A stretch of DNA of 64,000 nt from an uncultured SAR86 cluster bacterium (lineage in GTDB: Bacteria; Pseudomonadota; Gammaproteobacteria; Magnimaribacterales; AG-339-G14): assembly GCA_902514645.1 (NCBI GenBank), contig CABXRO010000004.1, positions 474 to 64,473 on the forward strand, given 5' to 3'. A model generated the notes under the pieces. It had not been told where the DNA came from, ran no database searches, and saw nothing but the letters and a program-made list of their open reading frames with translations. Of this stretch, positions 58,082 through 64,000 are shown piece after piece. How positions within the stretch are numbered: the first letter of the stretch is position 1; every line of letters starts with the position of its first letter. Both the position numbers and the translations under genes were made by a program.

Positions 58082-59533
58082 ATGAAATTCAGGTTAATTT
58101 CAAGAGTCTTAGGAATAGGTTTAATTGCTTTTTCTTTTTTGCAACTTACGCCGATTATAGTCTCAATTATTTACAATGAAGACAATATTTCAGCCTTTTT
58201 CTATTCTTTTTTAATAACACTAGCGTTTGGTTCTTTCTTATACTTAGTAAATTTTGAAAAAAAATACGAAGGCATAAGAGTTAAAGAAGGTTTTTTATTA
58301 ACTGTACTTCTTTGGCTGTTCTTCACAATCTTTGCAACTTTACCTCTAATGCTTGGAACTAATAGTAAACTATCAATAGTAAGCGCTTACTTTGAAGCTA
58401 CCTCAGGCTTAACAACAACAGGAGCGACTATATTTTCAGATCTTTCTGCAGAATATTACTCAATTCTCTTCTACAGAGGGTTGCTACAATGGATTGGAGG
58501 CCTTGGTATTATTGTTTTGGCCATTGCATTAATGCCACTCCTTGGTGTTGGTGGAATGCAGCTATATAGAGGAGAAACTCAAGGCCCTATAAATCAAAGC
58601 AAATTGAGGCCGAAAATAGCTGAAACCGCTATGGTTTTGGTTTACATATACCTTATTCTTACGTTGCTTTGCTTTATCTCTTATTTCTTAGCTGGTATGG
58701 AATATTTTGATGCTGTGGTTCACTCTTTTACTACTATTGCAATTGGAGGTTTTTCCAATTACAACGAGAGTTTTGCATTCTTCAATAACAATGCAATTTA
58801 TGTTTTAGCGGTTATTTTTATGTTTATTTCGGGCATAAGTTTTTCGCTGCATTACCTTTCTTTTTCAAATTTTAGATTATTTAACTACGTAAAAGATCCT
58901 GAATTTGGATTTTATTGGAAAATGCTGTTTCTTGCTTTTGTTGTTTTCTTGATTACAATCTGGGCTAACACCTCAGAATTTTCTTCGAACCAGATTATTT
59001 CTTCCTTGTTTACTGTCACTTCGTTTGCAACCACAACCGGATTTACAATTATGGATCATTCTTCTTTTCCAACCTATCTTCCTCAACTGCTAATTTTTAT
59101 TGGCATGATAGGAGCTTGTGCTGGATCAACCGCAGGAGGATTTAAAGCAATAAGGGGCTTAGTGCTATTGAATCATGCAAGAAGAGAGCTTAAAAAACTT
59201 ATCCATCCTAATCTTGTTTTGCCCTTAAAAATTGGTAAAAAGAAAATAAATGGTGAAGTTGCAGATTCTGTATGGGGCTTCTTGACAGTTTATATACTTA
59301 CCTTTTTAGTTGGATCATTTGTCTTAATGGGGCAGGGTATAGATACAGAAACAGCCTTTTCTGCGGTCGCGGCATCCCTTAATAATTTAGGTCCAGGACT
59401 AGGTGAAGTAGCTTATAATTACGCTGGAATGGATGCGTTTTCGAAGGTCTTTTTAGCTTTTGTAATGATACTTGGAAGATTAGAAATCTATACTTTATTG
59501 GTATTGTTTACAGCATTCTTCTGGAAAGAATAG
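58082..59533 (+). CDS. trkH: Trk potassium uptake system membrane subunit
   Basis: 483 aa polytopic. Selectivity-filter-like [18 protein letters not shown] and NNLGPGLG repeats. Confidence 0.88.
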   Translation: MKFRLISRVLGIGLIAFSFLQLTPIIVSIIYNEDNISAFFYSFLITLAFGSFLYLVNFEKKYEGIRVKEGFLLTVLLWLFFTIFATLPLMLGTNSKLSIVSAYFEATSGLTTTGATIFSDLSAEYYSILFYRGLLQWIGGLGIIVLAIALMPLLGVGGMQLYRGETQGPINQSKLRPKIAETAMVLVYIYLILTLLCFISYFLAGMEYFDAVVHSFTTIAIGGFSNYNESFAFFNNNAIYVLAVIFMFISGISFSLHYLSFSNFRLFNYVKDPEFGFYWKMLFLAFVVFLITIWANTSEFSSNQIISSLFTVTSFATTTGFTIMDHSSFPTYLPQLLIFIGMIGACAGSTAGGFKAIRGLVLLNHARRELKKLIHPNLVLPLKIGKKKINGEVADSVWGFLTVYILTFLVGSFVLMGQGIDTETAFSAVAASLNNLGPGLGEVAYNYAGMDAFSKVFLAFVMILGRLEIYTLLVLFTAFFWKE

Positions 59534-59562
59534 TAAGTACTTACTTATTATTAGATACAAAT

Positions 59563-60924
59563 ATGGCAGATAAAAAAATGGATAAAATTGTTTCTCTTTG
59601 CAAGAGAAGGGGCTTTATTTTTCAAACCGCAGAAATATATGGAGGAATGCAGGGCGTCTATGATTATGGACCGCTTGGCGTTGAGCTTGCCAATAACATT
59701 AAGCGAGCTTGGTGGGAATCTATGATTTATCAAAGAGATGATATTGAAGGGCTGGACTCCTCAATTTTGGGTAGCCAAAATATCTTTTCTCAATCAGGAC
59801 ATGAAGATACTTTCACTGATCCTCTAGTTGATTGCAAAGATTGTAAATTCCGAATGCGAGCAGATACTTTAGACGAAATAAAGTGTCCAAATTGCGGGTC
59901 AACAAATTTAACCGAGCCTAGAGACTTTAATCTAATGTTTAAAACTAATATAGGACCAGTAGACGATGGCTCTTCTATTGCCTATCTTCGTCCAGAAACA
60001 GCTCAGCATATTTTTATTAATTTCAAGAATGTTATAGATAGCACTTCTAGAACACTGCCATTTGGAATTGCCCAAATTGGTAAAGCATTTAGAAATGAAA
60101 TAACAGCCAGAAATTTTATCTTTAGGAAAAGAGAATTTGAGCAAATGGAAATGGAGTATTTTGTAGAGCCTAAAGATGATGAAAAATTTCATGAATATTG
60201 GATTAAAGAAAGAATGAAATGGTGGATAGATCAAGGATTAAATGAGGAAAATTTAGAAATTTTCAATGTCCCTAAGAAGGAATTATCTCATTACTCAAAG
60301 GCAACTGCAGACATTATGTATAAATTTCCTCATGGAACAGAGGAACTTGAAGGGATTGCAAATAGAACGGATTTTGATTTAGGTTCTCATACTAAGTCTC
60401 AAGAAGAATTCAACATACAGGCAAAAACTAAGGAAAATAAGACCTCAAAAGCGAAGCTTGCCTTCCAGGATAAAATATCAAATAAATGGCTTGTACCCTA
60501 TGTTATTGAACCAAGTGCTGGGGTCGAAAGGGCATTTTTAGCTATTTTAAACGACGCGTATAAGGAAGAAAATCTTAAAAACGATACGAAAAGGGTAGTA
60601 TTGTCATTGAAAAAGCACCTATCTCCTATAAAAATAGCTGTTATTCCTCTTAAAAAGAACGTCGAAGCTATAGTAAACGCTTCTCTAGAAATAAAAAACA
60701 GGCTTTTAAAACTAAATATTGGAAGAGTTGCAGTTGAAAATACTGGAAATATAGGAAAAAGTTATCGGAAACATGATGAAATTGGTACCCCAATTTGTAT
60801 AACAGTTGACTATGACACCATAGAAAAAAACAAAGTTACTTTTAGAGATAGAGATACTATGGAGCAAGAAGTAATTGACTTAAGCGACATAGAGAAAAGC
60901 ATTCTAAATTTATTTAAGGGTTAA
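59563..60924 (+). CDS. glyQS: glycine--tRNA ligase, single-chain alpha2 (GlyQS) type
   Basis: [15 protein letters not shown] ... [20 protein letters not shown]-terminus. Cys cluster [11 protein letters not shown]...CPNCGS. Class II motif 3 region [10 protein letters not shown]. Confidence 0.9.
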   Translation: MADKKMDKIVSLCKRRGFIFQTAEIYGGMQGVYDYGPLGVELANNIKRAWWESMIYQRDDIEGLDSSILGSQNIFSQSGHEDTFTDPLVDCKDCKFRMRADTLDEIKCPNCGSTNLTEPRDFNLMFKTNIGPVDDGSSIAYLRPETAQHIFINFKNVIDSTSRTLPFGIAQIGKAFRNEITARNFIFRKREFEQMEMEYFVEPKDDEKFHEYWIKERMKWWIDQGLNEENLEIFNVPKKELSHYSKATADIMYKFPHGTEELEGIANRTDFDLGSHTKSQEEFNIQAKTKENKTSKAKLAFQDKISNKWLVPYVIEPSAGVERAFLAILNDAYKEENLKNDTKRVVLSLKKHLSPIKIAVIPLKKNVEAIVNASLEIKNRLLKLNIGRVAVENTGNIGKSYRKHDEIGTPICITVDYDTIEKNKVTFRDRDTMEQEVIDLSDIEKSILNLFKG

Positions 60925-60926
60925 GA

Positions 60927-61466
60927 ATGTCAGACCAGAAGTACATTATTCTTGACCGAGATGGCGTTATAAACGTTGATCTCTTTGATTATGTAACAAA
61001 GCCAGAAGATTTTAAATTCGAAGATGGTAGCCTAGAAGCATTATCTTTATTATCCGAAAAAAATTTTAAAATTATTGTTGCTACAAATCAGGCCTGCATT
61101 AGCCTTGGTATAGCTTCTAAAGATCAAATAGATAACGTCAATTCTCACATGAAACAAAAAGCTAGAGAACACAGATCGGATATTATTCATATAGAAGTTT
61201 GTCCTCATAGGCCTGAAGATGACTGTGAATGCAGAAAACCAAAAACTGGGCTTTTGCTCCAAGCAGAAAAAACTCTAGGTATTAATCTTAAAGGTAGTTA
61301 TTTTGTTGGAGATAAATTTTCTGATGTTCAGTGTGCTCTCGCTCATGAATGCAAGCCTTTATTGGTTAAAACTGGTTATGGAGAGATCACGTTGAAAAAT
61401 CATGATACTTCTCAAGCTCAAGTTTTTGAAAATCTATTGTCAGCAACAAAATTTATCTGCCAATGA
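60927..61466 (+). CDS. gmhB: D-glycero-beta-D-manno-heptose 1,7-bisphosphate 7-phosphatase
   Basis: HAD motif ILDRDGVIN and Zn loop CPHRPEDDCECRKP. Confidence 0.85.
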   Translation: MSDQKYIILDRDGVINVDLFDYVTKPEDFKFEDGSLEALSLLSEKNFKIIVATNQACISLGIASKDQIDNVNSHMKQKAREHRSDIIHIEVCPHRPEDDCECRKPKTGLLLQAEKTLGINLKGSYFVGDKFSDVQCALAHECKPLLVKTGYGEITLKNHDTSQAQVFENLLSATKFICQ

Positions 61467-62173
61467 TTTCATACGTAAGATCTTTTCTTTTTTACGTGAT
61501 TTTAGGAATTTCTTTAATCATCATATCTTTAACCTTCCCAGCTTGTATTTTTATTGATAGAAAATTCAGACAGAAAATTATTCTTTCCTGGGTTGCTTTC
61601 TTTCGTTGGTGGATAAGAATTTGTTGCGGAGTAAAGATTGTTTTTAGGGGGAATGTTGAGGTTATAAATTCTCCGGGGAAAAAAATTTATTTTCCTAACC
61701 ATCAAGGTTTTATAGAAACGTTGGTTTTGTACGAAAAATTTATTCCTACGGCAACCATCTTGAAGGATGTTTTATTATCATGGCCAATAATCGGCTGGGC
61801 TTTGAGATTGCTTAGTTCAATTCCAATTGACAGAGGTAAAGGTTCGGAGGCTGTAAAAAAGATTTTTTCTATGGGCAAAAAATTATTAGATTCAGGTTTT
61901 TCTTTAATCTATTATCCAGAAGGCACCAGAAGGAGACCGGGAGACCTTGGCATATATAAGAAAACGGGCGCAGAATTAGCTTTTCAAACAAATAGCGCAA
62001 TTATTCCAATAGTCCATAATGCCGGAGAGTGTTGGTATGGGGGGGATTTTGTTATAACTCCTGGTGATGTAATATTTTTCATTGGAGACCCTATTCTGCC
62101 GACAGCAAACTCCTCTGAAACAACAAGAATGGTTAGGGACTGGACGGAAAATAAATATTCAGAACTTTTTTAA
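61463..62173 (+). CDS. plsC: 1-acyl-sn-glycerol-3-phosphate acyltransferase
   Basis: NHQGFIE (an HX4E variant of HX4D) and the YPEGTR block. Confidence 0.78.
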   Translation: MISYVRSFLFYVILGISLIIISLTFPACIFIDRKFRQKIILSWVAFFRWWIRICCGVKIVFRGNVEVINSPGKKIYFPNHQGFIETLVLYEKFIPTATILKDVLLSWPIIGWALRLLSSIPIDRGKGSEAVKKIFSMGKKLLDSGFSLIYYPEGTRRRPGDLGIYKKTGAELAFQTNSAIIPIVHNAGECWYGGDFVITPGDVIFFIGDPILPTANSSETTRMVRDWTENKYSELF

Positions 62174-62174
62174 T

Positions 62175-64000
<1,826 letters not shown>

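Noticed and set aside
61463-62173. HX4E instead of HX4D in the PlsC acyltransferase motif (NHQGFIE) as a sign of inactivation
   Set aside because: Glu is an accepted variant of the catalytic acidic residue in this family. The second block (YPEGTR) and the conserved operon position argue for a functional enzyme.

Overview
AT-rich, very gene-dense chromosomal window. My gene calls leave about 2.4 kb of 64 kb non-coding, so it is roughly 96% coding. Gene content and order look gammaproteobacterial. A streamlined marine lineage (SAR86-like) is my guess only. I call about 66 CDS. By eye I found no rRNA, tRNA, CRISPR array, transposase, integrase or recognisable defence module. The right third (45-64 kb) is core housekeeping: a complete aa3-type cytochrome c oxidase structural and assembly cluster (coxB-coxA-ctaG-coxC, DUF2909, SURF1, CxxxC protein, ctaA, cyoE, SCO1); then aroE-tsaC-purE; then def-fmt-trkA-trkH-glyQS-gmhB-plsC converging on gyrB, which is truncated at the window end. 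That order is the classic origin-proximal gammaproteobacterial synteny. The left two thirds hold oxidoreductases (two MDR, GMC, NMO, OYE, SDR, PhyH), many hydrolases and esterases, amtB, a two-component Na+/solute symporter, pckA and gshA, interspersed with exported proteins of unknown function. The items most worth follow-up are: (1) a lipoprotein with a TbpB/fHbp-type C-terminal barrel signature whose only plausible start codon is ATT behind a perfect SD; (2) a tightly coupled operon joining a leaderless copper amine oxidase, an alkylsulfatase-like protein with a degenerate metal motif, an orphan FetP/P19-like periplasmic protein, an untracked 59-aa ORF and a PhyH dioxygenase; (3) a DUF3604-amidase-parvulin-HupE-HXXEE envelope cluster; (4) a family of diverged exported tandem-domain paralogues; (5) a one-gene glyQS sitting in the slot normally held by glyQ-glyS. 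All functions are inferred from motifs read in the translations. No database search was run.
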